From: an uncultured Candidatus Saccharibacteria bacterium | GTDB taxonomy: Bacteria; Patescibacteriota; Minisyncoccia; Phycocordibacterales; UBA9973 | Assembly: GCA_964505155.1 (NCBI GenBank) | Contig: CAZDGL010000003.1 | Span: 5,728 to 69,727, forward strand | Direction of reading: 5' to 3' | DNA length: 64,000 nt | Shown: positions 10,301-18,028 of the stretch, one piece after another | How the letters are laid out: each line of letters begins with the position of its first letter | How positions within the stretch are numbered: the stretch's first letter is position 1 | Program-made: the position numbers and the translations under genes | The notes under the pieces: generated by a model | The model's input: the letters and a program-made list of their open reading frames with translations, nothing else | Databases searched by the model: none | What the model was told of the DNA's origin: nothing

Positions 10301-13300
10301 CAGGAGCTCTACAAAATACTTCAAGTACTGCTGTAACCTATACAGGTCTTATCACACTCGGAGCAGCAAGTACTATCATTTCTAACTATGGAGATATTAG
10401 TATTACTAATAGCGGAACTATTTCAGGAGCAACATTTGGCCTAACTATTGGGGGAGCGGGCAATGGACTTCTCTTTAGTATTTTGGGTACTACAAGCGGC
10501 ACTCTCACAAAAAACGGTGTAGGAGTTTGGACTCTTTATGGTTCTAGCACTTTTACTGGCACAACTACTATAAGTGCTGGAACTCTCAAGCTTGGTGCTG
10601 CCGGTGGAGCTACAAACACTCCTCTTGGAACTACTGCAGGAGCAACTAGTATTACTAGTGGAGCTGTCCTGGATCTAAATGGTTTTACTCTTGGTACTGC
10701 TGAGCCAGTAACAATTAACGGAACAGGTATTGCAAGTATTGGAGCATTTATAAATAGTTCAAACAATACTATTTCTTATAGTGGAGCTATCACTCTAGGA
10801 GCTGCTTCTCGTGTTGCCAACTATGGTAGTGGGTTAATGACTGTTTCTGGAAACATCTCAGGTAACTTTGCCCTTACAGTTGTAACTGTAGGTAACTTTA
10901 CACAAGCAACAAATAGTGTTTGGTCCGGTTCAGGTTCTCTTGTAAAAGAAGGCTCAGGGACACTTATTTTATCAGGACAAAATAGCACGACTGGTGCAAT
11001 GACTGTTAGTACTGGTAAACTCCAGCTCGGTGCTTCCGGTGGAGCTACAAACACTCCTCTTGGAACAAATGCCGGAGGTGTGACTGTGTCTTCTGGAGCT
11101 GTTCTTGATCTAAGTACATTTTCTTTAGGTGGTGCATCAACATATGAGACACTAAACTTAAGTGGTACCGGTATAAACAATAACGGCGCTTTAACTTTTT
11201 CTGCTTCTACCAACAACAACTTTGGTGCTATGACAGTAGCAGCCAATACCCGTATAATAAACTCTGGTAGTGGCACTGTTACTTTCGGGGGGACAATAAC
11301 AGCTGCCAATGGAATAACTTTGGCTATTGGTGGTACTGGCCCAACGTCTATAACTGGAGTTTTTGGCGCGACAGCAACAACAGCTACTTTGACCAAGTGG
11401 GATGCTGGAACTCTGACTATTAGTGCTGCAAGTATTACTACTGGTTTGGTCCGTATCAACGGAGGAACACTGAGATATGGTGTTGCTGACGCACTCTCTA
11501 CTCCAGCTGTCACAGTAGCTGGCGGTACACTAAACTTGAACGGATTTAGTGAGACAAACATCGGTGCAGTAACTCTTATTGATGGGTCTATAGTAAACAC
11601 CGGTGCCGCCGCAACTCTGACTTCTACTGCGACATATACCCTTGAAAACGGAACTGTCAGTGCTGTTCTCGGTGGTGCCGTTGTAGCTGCTATTGTTAAA
11701 AATACTGCAGGAAGAGTTATCCTCTCAGGAGACAATACCTTCAATGGTACTTCTGCTACTATTGCTATAAATGCTGGATATTTAAATCTGCGTCACAACA
11801 ATGCTTTAGGAGCGGCTGCTAGTGCAAACACAACGACTATTTTAGGAGGGGCAACTCTTGAGCTCGAAAATAGTATCACTATACCAAGTGTCAAAGCTAT
11901 CACTGCAAATGGTACTGGTATGGAAAGAAATGGTGCAATAAGAAATGTTAGCGGAACAAACTCAATCGGTGCAAACATAACCCTAGGTACTACCAATGTC
12001 CGGATAAATTCAGATAGCGGAACTCTTACAATACCTACTGTTTCTGGGAATACTTTCAACTCAATCTTTGGCGGTGCAGGTAATACTACAGTCTCTGGAG
12101 CTATAACTACCACAAGCGGAACTCTTACAAAGGATGGTGCAGGTACACTTACTCTCTCTGGAAATAATACTTATACCGGTACTACAACTTTGATAAATGG
12201 TACTATTGTAGCCAACACTACAAATTCATTGGGAAATGAAAGCTCCACAAATACATTTATTTTTAGAGGCGGTACTTTGCAAGCAACAGGTACTATAACT
12301 TCTGCTGCAACTCGTGCTTTCACTCTAGCTTCAAATGCAACTATAGATACCAATGGCAACAGTGTTAGTATTGCCGGTACTGTAGGATCTATCGGCGGAC
12401 TTACAAAAACTGGTGCTGGTACCTTAACTATCACAGGTGTTACTACAATAGGAGGCAACCTTGCTATATCTTCTGGTACCTTTGTTGCACCAACGACTCT
12501 AACCCTGGGCGGAGACCTAACCAATAGCGGAACATTTACTCATAGTAATGGTACCGTTACAATAGCACCTACTAACTCTACACTAACCACAAATATTTTA
12601 GGTACTTCAGATACTGCGTTTTATAATCTAACCAACAATACTGCTGGCTCAACTATCCAGTTCAAAGCCGGCAACACTTATACTTTTGCCAATACACTAA
12701 TAATAAACGGTAGTGAAGGAAACCCTGTCTCAATAAACTCAGATAGCGCAGGTGTTCAGTGGTTGATGACTCTATCAGGTAGTGCTTCTCTTGCACACCT
12801 AAAAGTTAAAGATTCAGGTTGTAGTGGAGGCAACACCGTCTCAGCTAGTGGAAATGTTTATGACTATGGAAACAATGGTATATGTTGGTCATTTATATCT
12901 CCTGGATTTAAGCGAGGGGGAGATTCTATAGAGTCTTCTGCTGCTCCAAGTGGCCAAGTAGGTGGCGGAGGTAGTGGTGGTAGCGGTGGTGGCGGAGTTA
13001 GTTATGCAGTAGCCACTGCTGTAGTTTCTTCAAACGTTGTACAAAGTGTCACTATAGATTCTGGGGGTAGTGGTTATACCTTTGCGCCTACAGTACTGTT
13101 TTGTGGTGGTGGTGGCTCTGGTGCTTTAGGTACTGCAGTTTTGACAGGTGATGCTGTTTCAAGTGTGACAGTAGATAACGGTGGCTCTGGATACTCTAGT
13201 GTTCCTACAGTAGTGTTCAACAGTAACTGTCCTACTTCTGGTGGTAGCGGTGGCGGAGGTGGTGGGGGAGATATAGGATTTTTGTATCAAAGAAGAAGAT

Positions 13301-13380
13301 TCTTTGCTTTGTATAATCCTATAAATATAACTATTTTCAACTTCCTTTCTCAGGCATTTGTTCTCCAACCTAAGATTTAA
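4339..13380 (+). CDS. Giant (~3,010 aa) secreted adhesin-like protein built from autotransporter-associated beta-strand (PATR-type) repeats
   Basis: Signal peptide MNVAIKKILKPLAIIFAATFVFCFF..SYA. N-terminal motif WTGATSGSWSVGSNWSGGVAPVTGDDLVFPG and many repeats of the form G.GTLTLSG.NTYTGTTTISAGTL.LGA.GG.TNTPLGTT are characteristic of PATR/TIGR02601-type repeats. The ORF-track start at 4258 precedes the signal peptide, so ATG at 4339 is chosen. The C-terminus has poly-Gly runs. Confidence 0.8.
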   Translation: MNVAIKKILKPLAIIFAATFVFCFFSSEYSYAATRTWTGATSGSWSVGSNWSGGVAPVTGDDLVFPGGASNLSNTNDLTENTIINSITISGSGYTLSGNPIILGPGLAGLTDSASSGGNTVALDIRLDATRDIFVTNSGETLTISGRIAGVGGINKEGTGKLVLSGANTFGGILKINVGIVNAQNNTALGTIAAGTEVVGNAALELQGNIDISYEALALRGYGVSSTGALRNISGTNTYRGLITLSSAGGTEIASDSGTLTITGGMSGAFPLVIDGSGDVTYSTTPIATGSGTVTKNGSGTLTYNFPNTYSGLTTINAGTLLYGVDNAILTGAITVTGGTLDIATYSDMVGSVVVGTLDLASGTITGSTGVLSSAAWTVYNGTISAIIAGYAGTLTKSTTGTVVLTRANQFTGNTTISAGILEIQNSTSLGFIDGITTVSAGATLQINGSGLSIPEYITFSGTGHLYTGAIRNMGGDNTLTGLLTLGAAARIKSDASTTLTIDSKGLSATTLGLTIGGAGNTTFTSTAPIYGTTATLTKQDSGVLTMQAFNNFTGATNLNRGEIVLSSTGAMPNSTITVGSGGTLTLDNSSTTLLNRISDSAALTMNGGSFNFIGNATGTALENAGALTIASGHNTVTVTPGAGGPTTMNFASLSRTAGATVLFRGTNLGSNPAPNISTIMFTSAPAVLGGGGGAGTTTASIIKGAFGDSSLSGTGSDMVTYNLGNTNGLRLLNGAGFSGEYAFTLATNANVKLVADTVASTSSINSLILDGFSITNPGSAQTITLSSGSLAGNILMNSATSIAGANTTLGITTNHLDILTTASATISAVIGTAVAGSVAISGTGSATVSAANLYTGTTFINNATLFAGATNALSSGGVTVVGGTYDLGNFNDTVGAVILQNGTITSGSGTLSGTSYSLREGTVSAILGGGAATVTRIATSAAADSVVTMTRDNTYTGTTTITSGILKLGAAGGGTNTPLGTTGGGTLIASGGALDLNGYTLGTAEAITSLAGTGFGASGSSNMGAIMNSSASPASYSGALTLTAAARINADAGALTISGNASGNFALTFGGFSDITYSGVRSGTSTIVKDGVNTLTLSSGSSSYTGATTISAGTVKVGAASVGGTNSPLGTTGGATTVALGSRLDLNGFNLGIAEPLTLNGVGYGLGDFASGALVNSSGSTVTYSGLITLGSASTIKADSGTVNLTAAGTISGATFGLTLGGAGTGTLSSIIGTTTGTVTKIDTGTWTISGVSTYTGATTVSRGTLRLGGGAGGPTNSVLGTTGGATSVLSGAVLDLNGITLGIAESLTINGRGIDDGGALIGGAVTWPGTVAQATDSRITSSSGTLTITGAVSGAFALYVGGAGNTTFSTATGTAGLSLTKQGAGTLTLTGTNTHTGATRVESGTLAYAASTTLAATALTVLGGTFNSGANADTIGAVTLIGGTITNSAALTGTAYTFEGGNISGILAGAIAVTKNTNNTVTLSGVNTISSTITINAGTLTFSGSGSATSVTGVTVNLGGTLTLDNSTTAVADRLNGTGGTNAIVLTMNGGNFNFIGNGAAASSETLGQLALASGHNIVTVTPGAGGSTTLTFATNPGFNRTAGATVLFRGTNFGSNSGANVSTLVFSTTPTLTGAGGASGSATVSIIKGAFGDSSLSGTGSDMVTYQGGTGLRLLNGAGFANEYSGDFQTANANVKLTADRAAVATNTNSLILNGFSVTNPGGAVTIPMASASLSGNILINSTNNIAGANTTLGITTFELPILATASSTISATIGTATTGSLTLSGSGNVTLTATNAYTGTTFINNAILTSGANNVLSSGGVTVVGGTYNLNGNSDTVGSISINAGTIATGAGTLTGNGTFTTVANANFASIITGNLGLGANATFTINDGLMDNDAVISAVISGGFTFAKAGNGILELSGSNSYTGTTTISGGILRLGASGGATNTPLGTTAGGTTVSGASSALDLNGYSLGTSEALTLSGALATGALQNTSSTAVTYTGLITLGAASTIISNYGDISITNSGTISGATFGLTIGGAGNGLLFSILGTTSGTLTKNGVGVWTLYGSSTFTGTTTISAGTLKLGAAGGATNTPLGTTAGATSITSGAVLDLNGFTLGTAEPVTINGTGIASIGAFINSSNNTISYSGAITLGAASRVANYGSGLMTVSGNISGNFALTVVTVGNFTQATNSVWSGSGSLVKEGSGTLILSGQNSTTGAMTVSTGKLQLGASGGATNTPLGTNAGGVTVSSGAVLDLSTFSLGGASTYETLNLSGTGINNNGALTFSASTNNNFGAMTVAANTRIINSGSGTVTFGGTITAANGITLAIGGTGPTSITGVFGATATTATLTKWDAGTLTISAASITTGLVRINGGTLRYGVADALSTPAVTVAGGTLNLNGFSETNIGAVTLIDGSIVNTGAAATLTSTATYTLENGTVSAVLGGAVVAAIVKNTAGRVILSGDNTFNGTSATIAINAGYLNLRHNNALGAAASANTTTILGGATLELENSITIPSVKAITANGTGMERNGAIRNVSGTNSIGANITLGTTNVRINSDSGTLTIPTVSGNTFNSIFGGAGNTTVSGAITTTSGTLTKDGAGTLTLSGNNTYTGTTTLINGTIVANTTNSLGNESSTNTFIFRGGTLQATGTITSAATRAFTLASNATIDTNGNSVSIAGTVGSIGGLTKTGAGTLTITGVTTIGGNLAISSGTFVAPTTLTLGGDLTNSGTFTHSNGTVTIAPTNSTLTTNILGTSDTAFYNLTNNTAGSTIQFKAGNTYTFANTLIINGSEGNPVSINSDSAGVQWLMTLSGSASLAHLKVKDSGCSGGNTVSASGNVYDYGNNGICWSFISPGFKRGGDSIESSAAPSGQVGGGGSGGSGGGGVSYAVATAVVSSNVVQSVTIDSGGSGYTFAPTVLFCGGGGSGALGTAVLTGDAVSSVTVDNGGSGYSSVPTVVFNSNCPTSGGSGGGGGGGDIGFLYQRRRFFALYNPINITIFNFLSQAFVLQPKI
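6050..7400 (+). repeat. Intragenic large repeat, copy 1 (within the giant adhesin gene)
   Basis: Protein segment NGGSFNFIGNATGTALENAGALTIASGHNTVTVTPGAGG...RTAGATVLFRGTN...IIKGAFGDSSLSGTGSDMVTY... and the following ~450 aa recur about 2.85 kb downstream. DNA identity is high locally, e.g. ggtgcatttggtgacagctctctctctggaacaggttctgatatggt versus ggtgcttttggggatagctctctttctggaacaggttctgatatggt. Boundaries are approximate. Confidence 0.6.
8900..10300 (+). repeat. Intragenic large repeat, copy 2
   Basis: Second copy: NGGNFNFIGNGAAASSETLGQLALASGHNIVTVTPGAGG...RTAGATVLFRGTN...IIKGAFGDSSLSGTGSDMVTY.... The similarity continues through GILRLGASGGATNTPLGTTAGG and beyond. Boundaries are approximate. Confidence 0.6.
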
Positions 13381-13409
13381 TTGCTCAAAAAAAATATTTG
13401 ACGTATAAT
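13381..13409 (+). promoter_or_regulatory. Sigma70-like promoter (TTGCTC-17-TATAAT) for the 13436 gene and surface-protein cluster
   Basis: ttgctc at 13381-13386, 17-nt spacer, perfect tataat at 13404-13409. Confidence 0.45.
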
Positions 13410-13435
13410 CTTAGAGCTTAACATTTATATTGTTT

Positions 13436-13846
13436 ATGACTAAGAAAAGTTTTAAAAATATTTCTCTAGCGGTAATTATCCTGATTGTTCTATCTTTAGG
13501 TGGATTTTTTTACTATAAACTGCAAAAAATGAAAAAAAATAGTGCTGACATGGTCAAAAAAGAATCTCAGGAACTTTTAAGTAAGGTTTCAAGACTCTAC
13601 TTAGTATCTACAAAAGAAGAACCCACTATCGCTACTGTTTCTGACCCTGATAAACTAAAAGATCAAGCATTTTTCTCTGAATCAAAAAAAGGTGACAAGG
13701 TCCTTATCTTTACCCAAGCAGGAAAAGCTGTACTTTATCGTCCAGATATAGACAAAATAATAGCCATTGCTCCTTTTGATACTAGTAACAACTCAGGGAC
13801 AAACCCTACACCAGATAATAAAGCAACTACCAACTCTGGCAACTAG
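13436..13846 (+). CDS. Small single-pass membrane protein with Ser/Thr/Asn-rich C-terminal tail
   Basis: Hydrophobic N-terminal helix (ISLAVIILIVLSLGGFFYY). ATG at 13436; the ORF-track start at 13430 is a TTG. Confidence 0.45.
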   Translation: MTKKSFKNISLAVIILIVLSLGGFFYYKLQKMKKNSADMVKKESQELLSKVSRLYLVSTKEEPTIATVSDPDKLKDQAFFSESKKGDKVLIFTQAGKAVLYRPDIDKIIAIAPFDTSNNSGTNPTPDNKATTNSGN

Positions 13847-13873
13847 GTTTGATTATCGTGTTATTATATATCT

Positions 13874-14881
13874 ATGTTTAGAGTGCCTTATTTAGTTAAA
13901 AAAATATTTGGCGTTATTTTCCTTTTAGTTTTTTTTATAACTTCGTTTGCTTATTCTGCGGATATGACCAGTTCTAGTTTTATTATTCGTGATCCATTGG
14001 TTGGGACAGGTGGATCTTACGGCTCTTCTGCTAGTTTCCAAGCTTTTGGTTCAGGAGATATGACTACTATCGGTAGGTCTACCTCCGCTAGTTTTGAAGG
14101 TAGATATGGATTTTTATGGTTTCCTTATGTAACTCAGGGTACGTTTACAGCTACTCCAAATGGCTCTCAGGCAGATCTTGCTTGGGGCGCTTCCACAGCT
14201 GGACTTGGTTGGAGTGTCTCTGGTTATAAAACAGGGATTAAACCCTCTGGTGGATCGTACTCTTATACTACACATGGTCTTATAACTAGTTATTCTTATA
14301 CAGGGCTTACTCCGGGGGGATACTGTTTTGTACTACAAACTTTAGATGCTTTCAGCAATGTCATAGCAACTTCAAGCGAAGAGTGTATAACCATACAAAC
14401 AGTTCTAACTTTCTCTGTTTCGTCTAGCTCTATAGGATTTGGGACTTTGTCTGCTTCCGGTCCAAGATATGCAACCACAAGTGGCGGTAGTGGGTCAAAC
14501 TCAGTCGCTCATACAATGTCAGCTTCAAGCAATGCAGGTAGTGGATATACAATAACTTATTTTGGACCAACATTAACTAGTGGTTCAAATACTATAACTC
14601 CTGCAACTATTACAAATGATGCTGATGGTACTCCAGGGTCAAGTCAATTTGCCCTTTCTCTTTCTTCTTCGGGAAGTGCTAGTATCACTTCGGCTTACAA
14701 CCAATCAAGTGGATCAGGAAATTGGAAGTTCGTAGCTAGTACAGTGGAACCGATAGCAAGTACGAGCGGAGTGACCTCTTCGGAGACTTTTAGCAACAGA
14801 TATTTGTCAAATATTTCCTCACTAACTCCAGCTGGTAGCTATGCCACAGATATCACCTACGTAATAAGTGCCAATTTCTAG
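13874..14881 (+). CDS. Secreted Ser/Thr/Gly-rich surface protein, paralog A, with conserved C-terminal module (WxL-like?)
   Basis: Sec signal peptide. C-terminal ~150 aa (TITPATITNDADGTPGSSQFALSLS...NWKFVASTV...AGSYATDITYVISANF) are clearly homologous to the C-terminus of the next gene. Confidence 0.6.
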   Translation: MFRVPYLVKKIFGVIFLLVFFITSFAYSADMTSSSFIIRDPLVGTGGSYGSSASFQAFGSGDMTTIGRSTSASFEGRYGFLWFPYVTQGTFTATPNGSQADLAWGASTAGLGWSVSGYKTGIKPSGGSYSYTTHGLITSYSYTGLTPGGYCFVLQTLDAFSNVIATSSEECITIQTVLTFSVSSSSIGFGTLSASGPRYATTSGGSGSNSVAHTMSASSNAGSGYTITYFGPTLTSGSNTITPATITNDADGTPGSSQFALSLSSSGSASITSAYNQSSGSGNWKFVASTVEPIASTSGVTSSETFSNRYLSNISSLTPAGSYATDITYVISANF

Positions 14882-14996
14882 AAAACTGTGGATAACTATA
14901 CGTTTTTGATTGATTAGATCTTTCAATATTGTTATACTATAAGTAAGTACTAGGTAAGTGCTTAAATTATTATAAATAAAATTAAATTTTTAAATT

Positions 14997-16085
14997 ATGT
15001 TAAAGAAAATTATTAGTTCTATCTCTATCTTGGCTTTTGTATTTGGTACATTGGCATACAACCCTTTTACAGCAGTCGCAGCTCAGTTTACTGGAGTCAA
15101 AGACACTCTTTCTACTGTTACAGTTAATACAACAGCAACTCACGTCATAACAGCAACTCTTGTTGGCGGAGACACTTTTGCTGCTGCTGAAACCCTAACC
15201 TACGATTTCGTAGATGCTGATTTTACCCTTAACGCTATTGGTTCTTGGCAGACAGCAGACTTTTCTTTCAACGATGGTACAGCTCGAACAATCACCGCAG
15301 TCTCATCTTCAAGTGGTGTTGATCCTACATGTACAGCAGGTGTTAACAACGTAGCTGTTACTATAAACACATCAACAAACAACTTTAAAGTTACTGCTTG
15401 TAGTACTTATACAGCTTCTTCAGCTAACGCTACAGTTACCTTTACTATCAATGGAACAACAGCTTCTGGTACAGGAACAATGACCAACAAATCTTCAGAT
15501 GTAGACTCTTCTACATTCTCTATAACAGAATCAAACGGAGATACTGCAAGTGGCGCAGTTGTTGCTGAAACTAACGGTACAGTTAACATCACTGCTACTG
15601 TTTCTCCTACACTTACCTTTGCAAATGATGACGCTTCTGTTGGATTTGGAACACTTACTTCTGGTGCAGCAAGATGGGCTAACGGTGCTGCGACTGGATC
15701 TGCTTCTACAACAACAGCTCATACTATGACGATAGGAACAAATGCTCCTACTGGATACACACTTACCTATAACGGTCCAACTCTAACTTCTGGAGGAAAT
15801 ACAATAGCACCTGCAACTATCTCTGGTGATGCTGATGGTACCCCTGGATCAAGCCAATTTGCTCTTGGTGTGACTGTGACAGGTACAGGAACAGCTTCTG
15901 CTGGTTATCAAACTGCTTCAGACAACTATAACTTTGTAGCTTCGACTGTTTCTCAGGTAGCAGCTGCAACAGCTCCTGTTTCTTCTGATACAGTGGCAGT
16001 AAGATACTTAGCAAACGTATCAGCTTCTCAAGCAGCTGGTAGTTATGCTACAAACCTAGACTGGGTTGTTACTGGTAACTTCTAA
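14997..16085 (+). CDS. Secreted Ser/Thr/Gly-rich surface protein, paralog B, same C-terminal module
   Basis: Signal peptide. C-terminus TIAPATISGDADGTPGSSQFALGVT...NYNFVASTV...AGSYATNLDWVVTGNF is parallel to paralog A. The terminal Y-x-T-x-L-x-W-V-V pattern resembles the second WxL motif of Gram-positive WxL domains. Confidence 0.6.
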   Translation: MLKKIISSISILAFVFGTLAYNPFTAVAAQFTGVKDTLSTVTVNTTATHVITATLVGGDTFAAAETLTYDFVDADFTLNAIGSWQTADFSFNDGTARTITAVSSSSGVDPTCTAGVNNVAVTINTSTNNFKVTACSTYTASSANATVTFTINGTTASGTGTMTNKSSDVDSSTFSITESNGDTASGAVVAETNGTVNITATVSPTLTFANDDASVGFGTLTSGAARWANGAATGSASTTTAHTMTIGTNAPTGYTLTYNGPTLTSGGNTIAPATISGDADGTPGSSQFALGVTVTGTGTASAGYQTASDNYNFVASTVSQVAAATAPVSSDTVAVRYLANVSASQAAGSYATNLDWVVTGNF

Positions 16086-16115
16086 AAAGATTTATTAACT
16101 TAAAAAAGAGAGTTT

Positions 16116-17129
16116 ATGGTAAGAAAAATACTTTTAACGATTGGAGTATCGCTTTTAGCAACATGCTTTTTGGCTACTAAAAGTGCTTACGCCCTTACCA
16201 TAACTCCTATACGTTATGAGATATCAGGAAATCCTGGGGAAACTGTTACTCAAAAAATGGGTCTCGTAAACGAGACCAACAAAACTCAAACATTCTTTGC
16301 TTCGTTTGAAAACTTTGAAGCTCAAGGTGATACAGGAAGTCCTAGTTTTGTGGAAGCAAAAGATGGCCTAGGTACATGGATGACAACAGAGCAGGCCTCT
16401 ATCACACTTGCCCCTGGTGCTCAAAAAGAAATGTCTTTTAGCATTAAGATACCAAAAGATGCAGAACCAGGAGGGTATTTTGCAGCTATTTTTTGGGGAA
16501 CATCTCCAGGAGGTAATGCTCCAGGACAAGTTTCTATAGGAACCAAAACTGGCCTTCTCATACTTTTGACCGTTAACGGAGATATTAGAGAACAAGCTGG
16601 ACTTGTAGATTTTGAGCTTCATAACAACAAACATTTTTATAAAATGTTGCCTGTTGGGTTTCAATATAGATTTTCAAACCAAGGAAATGATAGAGTAAAG
16701 CCAAAAGGCGATATTGTTATCCGTAGTATATTTGGATGGGTTGCAAAAAGAGTCAATGCAAATCCTTATGATGGTAACGTTCTTCCTGGTACTACTAGAA
16801 AATTCTCACCAGAGTGGAGCAAAAGAGACTCTGTAGAAGTCAGAGATCAAGAAATTTCTCGAAACGAGTCATATTCTTTCAAGAAAGCTGTGGGTGATCA
16901 ATGGCACAATTTTGCTTTTGGGATTTTTAGAGCAAAGGTAGTAGCTAGTTTTGGTGTTGCAAACCAGGTAGCAAAAAGTCAGGCTGTTTATTTTGTAGTT
17001 TTCCCTTGGGAGTTGATTTTGGTAATTATAGTTTTAGCTATTCCAGTCTATTTTATACTTAGAGCTTTGCTCAAAAGGTATAACAGAGCTGTTATTAGAA
17101 GAGCACAGAAGCAGATGGGTATGCGCTAA
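16116..17129 (+). CDS. CscA-like cell-surface protein (DUF916-like N-domain, DUF3324-like domain, C-terminal TM anchor with basic tail)
   Basis: Signal peptide, beta-rich region (LTITPIRYEISGNPGETVTQKMGLVNETNKTQTF...APGAQKEMSFSIKIPKDAEPGGYFAAIFWG). C-terminal TM (ILVIIVLAIPVYFIL) is followed by RALLKRYNRAVIRRAQKQ. Size (337 aa) and architecture match CscA-type proteins of WxL loci. Family assignment is inferred, not searched. Confidence 0.5.
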   Translation: MVRKILLTIGVSLLATCFLATKSAYALTITPIRYEISGNPGETVTQKMGLVNETNKTQTFFASFENFEAQGDTGSPSFVEAKDGLGTWMTTEQASITLAPGAQKEMSFSIKIPKDAEPGGYFAAIFWGTSPGGNAPGQVSIGTKTGLLILLTVNGDIREQAGLVDFELHNNKHFYKMLPVGFQYRFSNQGNDRVKPKGDIVIRSIFGWVAKRVNANPYDGNVLPGTTRKFSPEWSKRDSVEVRDQEISRNESYSFKKAVGDQWHNFAFGIFRAKVVASFGVANQVAKSQAVYFVVFPWELILVIIVLAIPVYFILRALLKRYNRAVIRRAQKQMGMR

Positions 17130-18025
17130 TGATTTATGATTTTGTTATGCCTTTCAAAACTAAGCACATTATCGTATTAAGTTCAGTATTTGTTTTACTA
17201 ACTTCTTTTTTTCTATATAAAAATTTAAATGCTCAAACCTTAACAGAATCAGAAACAGTTTCTATAGGAGCGATAGTGGGTAGTATTCCTAGTATAGATA
17301 CAGGTCCAGGAGGTGGAACGTATCAAAGCGGCGTACGTTTTTCAGGACTTGCTTATCCAAAGGCCTTGGTCACAGTTCAAAAAAGAGATACTACTTTTGT
17401 GACAGTTGTAGCAGATGAAACAGGAGCTTTTTCTATTCTTGTTCCAGAAACTTCTTGGCAGTTGTTTACCTTATTTGCTGTTGATACAAAAGGTCGCAAA
17501 TCAACACTCTTAAATTTCCCAACTATTTTGTACAGTGGTTATATAACAGATATATCAGGTATAAGATTTGCCCCTACTTTGGTCACTGATAAAATATCTG
17601 TAAAAAGAGGTGACTTTATAACGTTTTCTGGGTCTGCTCTACCAAATAAAGAAGTAGAAGTTTCTTTTGAGGGGGAAGAATCAAAAACTTTTTATCTTAC
17701 TTCTGATGAGCTTGGGTTTTTTAGCGCTACAGTTCCTCTTGATTTAAAAAATGGAGAATACGTAGTTAGAGCTTTTTATTCTAAAGACTCAAGAACCAGT
17801 AAGGCCCTTAGAATAACTATAGGAAACTCTACAATACTACGAAACGAAGCTACAAATAACATACCAGGGGATTGTAACTTTGATCAAAATATCACACTTG
17901 TTGATTTTTCAGTTTTGGCCTTTTGGTACGGCAAGCAAAACCCGCCCAAGTGTGTTGACGCAAACTCTGATAGAATAGTAAATCTAATAGACTTCAGTAT
18001 AGTTGCTTTTTATTGGAATGGTTAA
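17129..18025 (+). CDS. Secreted protein with two Ig-like/beta-sandwich regions and a C-terminal type I dockerin module
   Basis: C-terminus holds two canonical dockerin Ca-binding repeats: GDCNFDQNITLVDFSVLAFWYG and DANSDRIVNLIDFSIVAFYWNG (D1-N3-D5-V8-N9-D12 followed by a hydrophobic helix). Confidence 0.65.
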   Translation: MIYDFVMPFKTKHIIVLSSVFVLLTSFFLYKNLNAQTLTESETVSIGAIVGSIPSIDTGPGGGTYQSGVRFSGLAYPKALVTVQKRDTTFVTVVADETGAFSILVPETSWQLFTLFAVDTKGRKSTLLNFPTILYSGYITDISGIRFAPTLVTDKISVKRGDFITFSGSALPNKEVEVSFEGEESKTFYLTSDELGFFSATVPLDLKNGEYVVRAFYSKDSRTSKALRITIGNSTILRNEATNNIPGDCNFDQNITLVDFSVLAFWYGKQNPPKCVDANSDRIVNLIDFSIVAFYWNG

Positions 18026-18028
18026 AAT

